64,000 bases of DNA, taken from the NCBI GenBank assembly GCA_045126575.1, contig JBGVOQ010000017.1:26555-90554 (forward strand). The letters run 5' to 3'. Within the stretch, counting starts at the first letter, position 1, and each line of letters starts with the position of its first letter. Below the pieces are notes generated by a model. It saw nothing but the letters and a program-made list of their open reading frames with translations. It searched no databases and was not told the origin of the DNA. This DNA is from Candidatus Onthoplasma sp. (GTDB lineage Bacteria > Bacillota > Clostridia > Christensenellales > UBA1242). Of this stretch, positions 28,615 to 38,023 are shown one piece after another. The position numbers and the translations under genes were made by a program.

Positions 28615-31110
28615 TTATTCGTTGGTTTGGTTTTCTTGCTCGGTTTCGTCTTGCTCTACATCTTCATCATCTCCTTGACGTTCCACAATTGACACGCCAA
28701 CAATCTTGCAACCAGAAGTATTCATCAGTCTCACGCCAAGAGCAGTACGTCCAACCTCATTAATCTGCTCAGCATGTGTACGAATAACAATGCCATTTGA
28801 TGTAATTGCTAGAATATCTTGGTCCTCAGTAATTGGCTTGATTGCCACAATTTCGCCAGTTTTATCGTTGAACTTACCAGCTTTTGTTCCTTTACCACGG
28901 CGAGATTGTAATCTGTAATCTTCAACCCTGGTACGCTTTGCAAAACCTAGTTCGGTAACTGTTAAAATATCTTTATTAGGGTCAAGAACAATCATATCAA
29001 TAATTCTTTCGCTGTTATCAATCTTCATACCCTTAACACCACGAGAACTACGGCCTAGGCTACGAACATCTTTTTCGCTAAATCTTACACATTTACCGTT
29101 GTTAGAAGCAATTAATAATTCGTCACCCTCATTTACAGCCTTAACACTTACCAATTGGTCATCTTCCATAAGTTTGATTGCAATTTTTCCATTCTTACGA
29201 ACTAAATCAAATTCTTCCATCTTGGTCTTTTTAATAAAGCCCTTTTCGGTTGCCATAAATAATGCTGCCTTATCTTTAGCATCTGCAACAATTGCAGTAA
29301 TCTTTTCGTCGCCTTGCAACATCATTAAGTTAACAATTGCACGGCCTTTAGATGTTTTTGTTGCCTCAGGAATTGTATAGGCTTTCATACGATACACTTT
29401 GCCAAGATTGGTAAAGAACATTAAATCATCATGACTATTACAACTAATCATATTAACAACAACATCAGTATCCTTAGCCTTATGTCCCACAACGCCCTTT
29501 CCGCCACGATTTTGACTCTTATATTCGCTTGCAGGCATACGCTTAATGTAACCTTCGTCAGTTAATGAAATTACAACTTCGTGTTTTGCAATTAAATCGC
29601 CAATATCAATGTCGTCATATTCTAATGACACTTCACTCTTACGAGGGCGTGCATACTTATCCTTAATTTGTAATATTTCTTCCCTTACAATTGCAGCAAT
29701 TCGTGCTGGTGATGCTAGTATATCGCTCAATTCCTTGATTGTTGCACACAATTCTTCAAGTTCGGCATTAAGTTTTTCAACTTCCAAACCTGTTAATCTT
29801 GACAATTTCATTTCTAGGATAGCATTAGATTGCTTTTCGCTTAGTTCAAACTTATCTTGCAACTTTTGCATTGCATCTTGCTTATCCTTAGACTTTTTGA
29901 TAATTGCAATAACTTCATCAATATTTCTAACCGCAATAACAAGACCTTCAATAATATGCTCACGTTCCTTTGCCTTTTCAAGGTCATAACTGGTTCTGCG
30001 AGTAATAACTTCCTTTTGGAAATTTAAATATTCTTCCAATATTTGCTTTAGGTTTAGTAGTTGTGGTTTTTGCTTTGACAAGCACAACAATATAATACCG
30101 TTAGAAACTTGCAATTGTGACATCTTGTATAGTTGGTTTAATACAATTTGTGCATTTGCATCTTTCTTGATTTCGATTACAATACGAAGACCGTCCTTGT
30201 CACTTTCATCACGGATATCACTAATACCTTCGATGCGTTTATCTTTTACAAGGTCAGCAATTTGCATAATCAATTTTGCCTTATTTACTTGATAAGGGAT
30301 TTCGGTTACCACAATGCGATAACGCTTGCCGTCGCCGTATGTTTCAATTTCGGCACGTGAACGAATAATGTATCCACCACGTCCGGTGCGATATGCTTCC
30401 TTAATTGCGCTCATACCTAATACTAAACCACCTGTTGGGAAATCTGGTGCAGGAATAACTTGCATAAGCTCATCAACTGTAATATCAGGGTTATCGATAA
30501 GCGCTACTACACCATCAATAGTTTCGCCTAAGTTGTGTGGTGGAATGTTAGTTGCCATACCAACAGCAATACCATCACTACCATTTACTAACAAATTAGG
30601 GAAACGGCTAGGGATAACCACCGGTTGCATACGTGTGTTATCAAAGTTTGGATAGAAATCTACAGTATTTTTATCGATATCACGAAGTAATTCGTTAGCA
30701 ATTTTACTTAAACGTGCTTCGGTATAACGATATGCTGCAGCCTTATCGCCGTCCACAGAACCAAAGTTACCATGACCCTCAACCAACAATTCGTTAATTG
30801 AGAAGTTTTGTGCCAAACGAACAAGCGCATCATAAACTGAACTATCACCGTGTGGATGATAACGTCCTAACACGTCACCGACGATTTTAGCACATTTTCT
30901 AAATGGTTTATCACTCCACAAACCTTCCTCGCTCATAGCATACAAAATACGGCGATGTACTGGCTTTAAGCCGTCACGCACATCGGGGATAGCACGTGAC
31001 ACGTTAACCGCCATTGCGTAATCCATAAACGACTCTTTCATTTCGTGTTCAAGGTTACGCTCCAAATATCTAGTATTATCAATTTTTTCAAATATTTCAC
31101 TTTTCTTCAT
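28615..31110 (-). CDS. gyrA: DNA gyrase subunit A
   Basis: RAIPDVRDGLKPVHRR, HPHGDSSVYDALVRLAQ, AAYRYTEARL (active-site Tyr region), C-terminal beta-pinwheel repeats and an acidic tail. Confidence 0.97.
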   Translation of the reverse strand: MKKSEIFEKIDNTRYLERNLEHEMKESFMDYAMAVNVSRAIPDVRDGLKPVHRRILYAMSEEGLWSDKPFRKCAKIVGDVLGRYHPHGDSSVYDALVRLAQNFSINELLVEGHGNFGSVDGDKAAAYRYTEARLSKIANELLRDIDKNTVDFYPNFDNTRMQPVVIPSRFPNLLVNGSDGIAVGMATNIPPHNLGETIDGVVALIDNPDITVDELMQVIPAPDFPTGGLVLGMSAIKEAYRTGRGGYIIRSRAEIETYGDGKRYRIVVTEIPYQVNKAKLIMQIADLVKDKRIEGISDIRDESDKDGLRIVIEIKKDANAQIVLNQLYKMSQLQVSNGIILLCLSKQKPQLLNLKQILEEYLNFQKEVITRRTSYDLEKAKEREHIIEGLVIAVRNIDEVIAIIKKSKDKQDAMQKLQDKFELSEKQSNAILEMKLSRLTGLEVEKLNAELEELCATIKELSDILASPARIAAIVREEILQIKDKYARPRKSEVSLEYDDIDIGDLIAKHEVVISLTDEGYIKRMPASEYKSQNRGGKGVVGHKAKDTDVVVNMISCNSHDDLMFFTNLGKVYRMKAYTIPEATKTSKGRAIVNLMMLQGDEKITAIVADAKDKAALFMATEKGFIKKTKMEEFDLVRKNGKIAIKLMEDDQLVSVKAVNEGDELLIASNNGKCVRFSEKDVRSLGRSSRGVKGMKIDNSERIIDMIVLDPNKDILTVTELGFAKRTRVEDYRLQSRRGKGTKAGKFNDKTGEIVAIKPITEDQDILAITSNGIVIRTHAEQINEVGRTALGVRLMNTSGCKIVGVSIVERQGDDEDVEQDETEQENQTNE

Positions 31111-31122
31111 ATCTCATCTTTC

Positions 31123-33078
31123 CTATATATCAAGATTTTTAACTTTGTCAGCATTTTCGTTAATAAATTCACGTCTTAATTCTGGACGCTCACCCATTAA
31201 CATATCAAATATTTCGTTTGCCTCAATAGCATCATCAATTTTAACTTGAAGAAGCGTACGAGTTTGAGGGTCCATAGTAGTTTCCCAAAGTTGGTCTGGG
31301 TCCATTTCACCAAGACCTTTATAACGTTGCACTTCGGCACCCTTGCTGCCATTAAGTTCCAAATCTCTATTTAATTCTTCATCACTATAGCAATATGTTG
31401 CTTTCTTACCACGTTGAACTTTGTATAGAGGTGGTTGAGCAATGTATATATGACCACCTTCAACTAGTGGACGCATAAAGCGGAAGAAGAAGGTTAGTAG
31501 CAATATTCTAATATGTGCGCCATCGACGTCCGCATCTGTCATACATACGATTTTGTCATATCTTAGTTTAGATAAATCACAAGTTTGACCAATACCACAA
31601 CCAAACGCTGTAATCATTGCTTGAATTTCGGCATTTTCAAGAGCCTTGGCTTCACGCACTTTTTCAACGTTTAATATCTTACCACGAAGTGGCAAAATTG
31701 CTTGGAAACGACGGTCACGGCCTTGTTTAGCACTTCCGCCCGCAGAATCACCCTCGACTATGAATATTTCACATACGCTTGGGTCTTTTTCGCTACAATC
31801 GGCAAGTTTGCCGGGCAATGCTGTATTTTCAAGCACTGACTTACGACGAGTTGCTTCCCTAGCATTACGAGCCGCTTCCCTAGCCTTTTGGCTTAACAAA
31901 CATTTGTTAATTAATTCCTTGGCTTGACGTGGGTGTTCTTCCAAATATATTTCAAGCGCTTCAGTTACAGCCTTTGTGGTATATGTTCTAATTTCATCAT
32001 TACCTAACTTGGTTTTGGTTTGACCTTCAAATTGAGGTTCTTCTACCTTAACGCTGACAACGGCAACAAGACCTTCACGTGTATCTTCACCACTTAGTTT
32101 TTGAGTGTCCTTTACAAGTTTATTTGCAATAGCATAATCGTTAACAGTTTTAGCCACCGCTGCCTTAAAGCCTTCAAAGTGTTTACCACCTTCTTCAGTG
32201 CGGATATTGTTGGCATAGGTATGGATATTTTCGCTATAACTATCAATGTATTGGAAACTTGCCTCGATTTCGCATTGTGCTGGCACCATTTCACCATTTT
32301 CGTTTTTACGTTTGTATGAATAAATCTTATCAACGTAAATTGGTGCATCAAACACTTTTTCCTTAGTTGCAGTTAATTCACCAACAAACTCGTTGATACC
32401 GCCTTCGAACACATAATTATCCTCTTGCTCTTGACCTTCACGCATATCTTCAATGCGAATCTTTAAACCTTTGTTTAGGAACGCAAGTTCACGCAAACGC
32501 ACCTTAAGTGTATCGTAGTTAAATATGGTTGTATCAAATATTTGGTCATCTGGCATAAAGGTTACGCTTGTACCAGTTTTTTCAATCTTTCCAACCACTT
32601 CAAGTCGGCCAGTTGGTCTACCACGGTGATATTCTTGATGATAGTGTTCGCCCTTTTGGAAAATGTCAAGTAGCAATGTGCTAGACAATGCGTTAACAAC
32701 TGACAAACCAACACCGTGCAAACCACCAGATATCTTGTATCCGCCACCACCAAACTTACCACCGGCGTGTAATTTGGTTAACACTAGTTCTGCCGCACTA
32801 ACACCTTCCTTAGGGTGAATACCTGTTGGGATACCACGCCCATTGTCAATTACTTGCACCGAACCATCTTTAAGGATTGTAACGCTAATCTCGGTACAAT
32901 ATCCAGCCAATGCCTCGTCAATACTGTTATCTACAATTTCAGTTACCAAATGATGAAGTCCACGTTCATCAGTAGAACCAATGTACATACCAGGACGTTT
33001 ACGTACTGGCTCCAAGCCTTCCAATACTTGAATGTTGCTCTCATCATAACTAGTAACTTTACTTAATTCTTCTGCCAT
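31123..33078 (-). CDS. gyrB: DNA gyrase subunit B
   Basis: GHKL ATPase motifs (VDNSIDEA, GGLHGVG), Toprim EGDSAGG, PLRGKILNVEK, DADVDGAHI. Confidence 0.97.
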   Translation of the reverse strand: MAEELSKVTSYDESNIQVLEGLEPVRKRPGMYIGSTDERGLHHLVTEIVDNSIDEALAGYCTEISVTILKDGSVQVIDNGRGIPTGIHPKEGVSAAELVLTKLHAGGKFGGGGYKISGGLHGVGLSVVNALSSTLLLDIFQKGEHYHQEYHRGRPTGRLEVVGKIEKTGTSVTFMPDDQIFDTTIFNYDTLKVRLRELAFLNKGLKIRIEDMREGQEQEDNYVFEGGINEFVGELTATKEKVFDAPIYVDKIYSYKRKNENGEMVPAQCEIEASFQYIDSYSENIHTYANNIRTEEGGKHFEGFKAAVAKTVNDYAIANKLVKDTQKLSGEDTREGLVAVVSVKVEEPQFEGQTKTKLGNDEIRTYTTKAVTEALEIYLEEHPRQAKELINKCLLSQKAREAARNAREATRRKSVLENTALPGKLADCSEKDPSVCEIFIVEGDSAGGSAKQGRDRRFQAILPLRGKILNVEKVREAKALENAEIQAMITAFGCGIGQTCDLSKLRYDKIVCMTDADVDGAHIRILLLTFFFRFMRPLVEGGHIYIAQPPLYKVQRGKKATYCYSDEELNRDLELNGSKGAEVQRYKGLGEMDPDQLWETTMDPQTRTLLQVKIDDAIEANEIFDMLMGERPELRREFINENADKVKNLDI

Positions 33079-33259
33079 AATTTACTCCTAAAAATATCAA
33101 GATAAACCGCTAAATTAATCAATCAGTTTAGCCCTATAGAACTATTATAACCTAATTAAATAAAACTTAAAACAATTTACCTATAGTATATAATATATTA
33201 TAGCATATTTATTAATATAAGCAAAGCCTTTTGCGCCAAAAAGTTTGCAAAATATCAAT

Positions 33260-33294
33260 AAAAAATCCACAAAATATCACTACTTTGTGGATAA
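33260..33294 (-). terminator. Terminator of the 135-aa gene whose stem arms are DnaA-box sequences
   Basis: Minus strand ATCCACAAA-loop-TTTGTGGAT followed by TTTTTT. Contains a perfect TGTGGATAA at 33286-33294. Confidence 0.55.
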
Positions 33295-33301
33295 GTTGAA
33301 T

Positions 33302-33709
33302 TTATTTAGTTTTATCCCAGTTATCTATCCTGCTCATAATCTCTGCATCTATATCTTTAAGAATTTCAAGTTGTTCTTTAGCAGTTATTGTTCCAGTATT
33401 AAATTTAACTTGCAAATCCTTAATTCTATCAAAAATCTCCTTAATAACGTCATCATTAAATGTTGCAGGTCTAGCATCTCTAGCAAACTTTATATGATAC
33501 ATAATTGTTGCAGTGGTTTCATCTGTTAAAACTGCTTCTGCCAACCTATCAAACTCCGCCTCTATGTTTTGGCTGGTTATACCATCAACACGCTCAGCAA
33601 TAATGCGTTTACTTAACGACTTTTTGCCTCTATTTTGAAATTTGTTTTGTTTATTCTTTAATGACTCTCTACGCAACCTATTCCTATCAATAAATTTATT
33701 AAATTCCAT
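33302..33709 (-). CDS. Hypothetical 135-aa protein between metG and gyrB
   Basis: Open frame with basic N-terminus and helical-looking remainder. No motif recognised. Bracketed by DnaA-box palindromes. Confidence 0.55.
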   Translation of the reverse strand: MEFNKFIDRNRLRRESLKNKQNKFQNRGKKSLSKRIIAERVDGITSQNIEAEFDRLAEAVLTDETTATIMYHIKFARDARPATFNDDVIKEIFDRIKDLQVKFNTGTITAKEQLEILKDIDAEIMSRIDNWDKTK

Positions 33710-33769
33710 ACTTTATCCTCTTATATTTATATTTTAGCACATTAACTTTACTTTGTAAATACCCATAAT

Positions 33770-33805
33770 AAAAATATCCACAACTTGCAATCAATTTGTG
33801 GATAA
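33770..33805 (-). terminator. Terminator after metG built from an inverted DnaA-box pair
   Basis: Minus strand TATCCACAA-loop-TTGTGGATA followed by TTTTT. Perfect TGTGGATAA at 33797-33805 and ATATCCACA at 33774-33782. Confidence 0.55.
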
Positions 33806-33842
33806 AATTATTTGTGTAATATTTTACTTACTTTTTAAGTAA

Positions 33843-35849
33843 TTAACAGCATCCGCTACCGTCTGCAATAATGTCTTTTTCAGGGCTAAGTAGTGAAATA
33901 TTTCCAATTTCATCTTCGGCACACACAATCATACCCTCACTTAAATATCCCTTCATTTCACGTGGTGGAAGATTAGTTACAACCACTACTTTTTTGCCAA
34001 CCATTTGCTCAGGTGTATATGCTTTTGCAATACCGCTTAGTATTGAAAGCGTTTTAGTTCCAACCCTTACAGTTGAGTGTAATAGTTTTGATTTTGGCAC
34101 AGCCTCACAAGCCAATACTTGACCGATTTTTAATTGCACTTTTGCAAAATCATCAATAGTAATAGGCTCAACTTCCTTAAACTCGATTACAGGTGCATTT
34201 TCAGCCTTTTGTTTAGCCACAATCTCATCAATTGTGGGTTTAATGTCATCAAATTTGATACGGTTAAATAGTATTTGTGGATTGCTTGTAATGCTAAATT
34301 CATGTGTTAATCCAAAGTTATCAATATCCGCAAAATCACGTGCCTTTACACCTAACTCATTAAAGATTTTATTAGCAGTTTCTGGCATAAATGGAGCAAG
34401 TAAATTTGCACCAATATTAATAGTTTCAAGCAAGTTAAATAATACCGTTGAAAGACGTTCACGTTTACTTTCGTCCTTGTTTAAATTCCAAGGTTCAGTT
34501 TCGTCGATGTACTTATTGGCACGTCTAAACAATGTCCACAATTCTTCCAATGCATCTGCTACCTTATATTCGTTAATCTTAGCAAATACTTTTTCCTTAG
34601 CGCCAACAACAATAGCCTTTAAGTCTTCGTCCATAGTATCTGCAATATTATAATTTTTAACTTTTCCTGCAAAATATTGATTGCTCATTGCAAGGGTACG
34701 TCTAACAAGATTACCCATCACATTGCTTAGGTCAGCATTATTCTTTTCGGTTAGCAGTTCCCAAGTGATTGTACCATCAGATAGGAAAGGCATTTCACGT
34801 AATACATAATAACGCACACTATCCACGCCAAAAATTGATGCCAAGTCGTCAAAGTAAAGCACATTTCCCTTGGATTTGCTCATCTTTTCGCCACCTTGAA
34901 GTAGCCAAGGATGACCTAGCACTTGCTTAGGTAATGGTTCGCCCATAGCCATCAAGAAAATTGGCCAATAAATAGTATGGAAACGCACAATATCCTTACC
35001 TACAACGTGTACATCTGCTGGCCATAATTTTTTGTATTGGTCGCTTGGATTTTCGGTATCATAACCAATACCTGTAATATAGTTGTTTAACGCATCAAGC
35101 CATACATAAACCACGTGTTTGCTATCAAAGTCAACAGGTATACCCCATGTGAATGTGCTACGGCTTACGCACAAGTCTTGAAGTTTAGTCTTGATAGTAC
35201 CATTTTCGATAGCCGCAAGCAACTCTTCATCACTCTTGCCAATAAATTCCTCATCTAGTAGGAAGTTGTTTAACATTTCATTTTTACGGCTAGTAGGAGT
35301 CATAAATTCTGGGTGAGTGATTATATGCTTTAAAAGTCTGTTTGCATAGTTGCTCATCTTAAAGAAATATGCTTCTTCCTGACTAGGTTTTACTTCACGG
35401 CCACAATCTGGACACTTGCCGTCAATCAACTGACTTTCAGTCCAAAAACTTTCACATGGAGTGCAGTACATACCCTCATAATGACCTTTGTAAATATCGC
35501 CTTGGTCATAAAACTTTTTAAATATCTTTTGCACACATTTTTCGTGGTCCGCATCAGTGGTGCGAATAAATTTATCGTATGAAATATTCATAAAGTCCCA
35601 AAGTTCCTTTATATCTCCCGCAATATTGTCAACAAAAGCCTTAGGTGTTAATCCCTTTTCCTTAGCCTTAGTTTCAATCTTTTCGCCATGCTCGTCCGTT
35701 CCTGTCATAAAGAAAACATCATACCCTTGCATTCGCTTACTTCTAGCAATAACATCCGACAAGATAATCTCATATGTATTTCCAATATGAGGTTTTCCCG
35801 AAGTATATGCAATAGCAGTTGTAATATAAAATTTTTCTTTATTTTCCAT
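33843..35849 (-). CDS. metG: Methionine--tRNA ligase with C-terminal tRNA-binding (Trbp111/EMAP-like) domain
   Basis: HIGN (HIGH motif), KMSKS, zinc knuckles CTPCESF...CPDCGR, and a C-terminal OB-fold domain. Confidence 0.95.
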   Translation of the reverse strand: MENKEKFYITTAIAYTSGKPHIGNTYEIILSDVIARSKRMQGYDVFFMTGTDEHGEKIETKAKEKGLTPKAFVDNIAGDIKELWDFMNISYDKFIRTTDADHEKCVQKIFKKFYDQGDIYKGHYEGMYCTPCESFWTESQLIDGKCPDCGREVKPSQEEAYFFKMSNYANRLLKHIITHPEFMTPTSRKNEMLNNFLLDEEFIGKSDEELLAAIENGTIKTKLQDLCVSRSTFTWGIPVDFDSKHVVYVWLDALNNYITGIGYDTENPSDQYKKLWPADVHVVGKDIVRFHTIYWPIFLMAMGEPLPKQVLGHPWLLQGGEKMSKSKGNVLYFDDLASIFGVDSVRYYVLREMPFLSDGTITWELLTEKNNADLSNVMGNLVRRTLAMSNQYFAGKVKNYNIADTMDEDLKAIVVGAKEKVFAKINEYKVADALEELWTLFRRANKYIDETEPWNLNKDESKRERLSTVLFNLLETINIGANLLAPFMPETANKIFNELGVKARDFADIDNFGLTHEFSITSNPQILFNRIKFDDIKPTIDEIVAKQKAENAPVIEFKEVEPITIDDFAKVQLKIGQVLACEAVPKSKLLHSTVRVGTKTLSILSGIAKAYTPEQMVGKKVVVVTNLPPREMKGYLSEGMIVCAEDEIGNISLLSPEKDIIADGSGCC

Positions 35850-35881
35850 AATTTTTCTCCTTAAATTTATTATTTGCTCAA

Positions 35882-36325
35882 TTAGTACTCTTGTACTAGG
35901 TTAATTGGCCCATCTAGAACTGTGTAGATTTCCATATGTTCGGCAAAGCGTCCCATTTTTACAGTCAAGCCATATTCATTGATAAGTTCTGCTTGAAGTG
36001 CTTGATATAACTCAATTGCCTTGTCCTTTGGTGCACTTAATGTAAAGTCAGGACGTGCTCCGCCACCGCCTTTACGGTCACATAATGTAAAGTTAGATAC
36101 AAGCAATATTTCGCCACCAACCTGAGCGATATTATTGTTTAACTTATCATTTTCGTCTTTAAAAAGTCGCACAGTTGCGATGCGCCTTGCCACACGCTTA
36201 ACTGTGTCCATTGTGTCGTCACGTGTAACGCCCACAAACACATTGTAACCATGTCCAATTTCACTTACAACTTGGCTATCCACTTCCAATCTTGCTTTAT
36301 GTACTCTTTGAATTACTATTTTCAT
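35882..36325 (-). CDS. dtd: D-aminoacyl-tRNA deacylase
   Basis: MKIVIQRV start, SNFTL, GGGARPDF, 147 aa. Confidence 0.9.
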   Translation of the reverse strand: MKIVIQRVHKARLEVDSQVVSEIGHGYNVFVGVTRDDTMDTVKRVARRIATVRLFKDENDKLNNNIAQVGGEILLVSNFTLCDRKGGGGARPDFTLSAPKDKAIELYQALQAELINEYGLTVKMGRFAEHMEIYTVLDGPINLVQEY

Positions 36326-36334
36326 ACTCTTTCC

Positions 36335-36583
36335 TTATTTGTTTAATGTTTCAATTTCTTGCAACTCAAATCTAAATTTTTGTTCAACGTTAGGATATTT
36401 TACCTTATCTACAGGAGATGCAAACATTTCATAAGGTCGCACGTATCTCTTGCCGTCACCATATAATGCACGGTATAACACCATCTTACCCTTGGTTTCC
36501 GAGTCTATTACAATATCTTCCACCAAATAATAATCGCCCTTAAAATGCTTATAAATTCTGCCAATCTTGATTTCCCTTTCCAT
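36335..36583 (-). CDS. DUF1653 domain protein
   Basis: YKHFKGDYY...VLYRALYGD...VRPYEMF pattern. Confidence 0.75.
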   Translation of the reverse strand: MEREIKIGRIYKHFKGDYYLVEDIVIDSETKGKMVLYRALYGDGKRYVRPYEMFASPVDKVKYPNVEQKFRFELQEIETLNK

Positions 36584-36599
36584 CGTATTCTCCTAATAC

Positions 36600-37001
36600 C
36601 TAATTTAAATGTTTAGTCAATTTTTGCCTTAATTCTTGTTTATCGCCATACCACTCGATAAGATTGATAAATTCATCAATATCGCACCATTTATAATCAA
36701 CGCTTTCTTCGTTTAATATCACGTTGTCACTATCGGTAAATGATATAAATGCGTGTTCAATACAATATTCACCTAGCGACTCATATTCAAACACCCAGTC
36801 CAAATCAATAATCTTAGTTAAACTTAAACCTGTTTCTTCCATTGTCTCACGTTTAACGGTATCTTCCAGGGTTTTGTCTTCCTTTTCACAACCGCCAGTT
36901 ACCACGTACCAAAAAGATTTGTGAAATTGCGGGTCTTGGTCACTACCCAGTAGTAACAATAATTTCTTATCTTTTGCAATAAAAGTTAATATCTTTTCCA
37001 T
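36600..37001 (-). CDS. NUDIX hydrolase
   Basis: Nudix box GGCEKEDKTLEDTVKRETMEETGL (Gx5Ex7REuxEExGu). Confidence 0.85.
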   Translation of the reverse strand: MEKILTFIAKDKKLLLLLGSDQDPQFHKSFWYVVTGGCEKEDKTLEDTVKRETMEETGLSLTKIIDLDWVFEYESLGEYCIEHAFISFTDSDNVILNEESVDYKWCDIDEFINLIEWYGDKQELRQKLTKHLN

Positions 37002-37030
37002 ATATTTCCGTTTGTAACTTTATGATTTAA

Positions 37031-37450
37031 TTATCCACGTGCAATTTTGTTTACAAGTTGCATATCAACTTTGCCAGCATAGTTTGCTTTAAAATGCTTC
37101 ATAATGCTTGGCATTGATTTATCATCAATACCTGCAATAATGTTACGGATTTCATCTTCACTCATCATTTGAGGTAAATATTTTTCAAGGATTGCCTTTT
37201 GAGCATTAATTTCTTCCACTTGTGCAGTATTGCCTACTTTTGCATAGTTTTCAGCCTCTTCGGTTAATTCCTTAATAGTCTTTTGAAGAATTGCAACCAT
37301 ATCGGCATCAGTCAACTCGCCACCAGTTTTACGTTTTTCAATGCTTTGAAGCATATGCTTATTAACTACCACACCATAAATTGTACGTGCAATAGTGTTT
37401 TTGTCCTTCATTGCTTGGACATTGTCCTTTTTGATTTCGTCAATAATCAT
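37031..37450 (-). CDS. yqeY: GatB/YqeY domain protein
   Basis: N-terminal I..D...AMK..D pattern and the size are typical of YqeY. Confidence 0.75.
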   Translation of the reverse strand: MIIDEIKKDNVQAMKDKNTIARTIYGVVVNKHMLQSIEKRKTGGELTDADMVAILQKTIKELTEEAENYAKVGNTAQVEEINAQKAILEKYLPQMMSEDEIRNIIAGIDDKSMPSIMKHFKANYAGKVDMQLVNKIARG

Positions 37451-37470
37451 AATTAATCTCCTTATAATTT

Positions 37471-37965
37471 CTATATATTTCTAAAAGTAAAAGCAAATCG
37501 ATTTTCTTTCCACTCGTGTTTTGTTACATTGTATTTAAAATTGTTGGCAAACACCTTTTCCCAAAATGCTAATGCGGATATACTTCTAGGTACAGGTCTA
37601 CATTCCCAATTCCCCTTATGCATATCAAATACTTGCTTAACAACACTAGATGCTAATCCTTTACCTTTATAATTGTTTAAAATAAATATTTCCGATAAAT
37701 CATAGTTGTTTGGTTTATTTTCAAGAACTTTAAATTCCTTATCAACCATCACAAACCCAGCAATCTTGTCATCAACATATATTAGATGTCCAAAATTATC
37801 TTTATTTTCTATCCACTCACTTAACGAATATGCCTCAAATGTTCCATTGTCATCGCAATCCCAAGGAAGTTCCCTTGAAATATCGTGAATATACAGTTGA
37901 AATAGGTTTTCAAGAATATTTAAACTACTTTTGGTTATTTGCTTTAATTCAAAATCCATATTCAT
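37471..37965 (-). CDS. GNAT family N-acetyltransferase
   Basis: Acetyl-CoA binding region YKGKGLASSVVKQVF (Q/RxxGxG/A-type). Confidence 0.75.
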   Translation of the reverse strand: MNMDFELKQITKSSLNILENLFQLYIHDISRELPWDCDDNGTFEAYSLSEWIENKDNFGHLIYVDDKIAGFVMVDKEFKVLENKPNNYDLSEIFILNNYKGKGLASSVVKQVFDMHKGNWECRPVPRSISALAFWEKVFANNFKYNVTKHEWKENRFAFTFRNI

Positions 37966-38023
37966 CCTTTAATTTATTTAATTTTTCCACAATAGGCAAG
38001 TCTATTTGCGGCTTCATACTTTA

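Noticed and set aside
28615-33078. Numerous 60-130-aa ORFs antisense to or out of frame within gyrA, gyrB, ftsK, metG, typA, recN and others
   Set aside because: These are shadow ORFs inside long, well-supported genes, with no RBS and biased low-complexity translations.
33180-33215. dif (XerCD) site near a possible strand-switch region
   Set aside because: The AT-rich palindromic stretch TATAATATATTATAG only loosely resembles the Firmicute dif core and lacks the TTATGTAAACT arm. No convincing dif-like 28-mer was found by eye.
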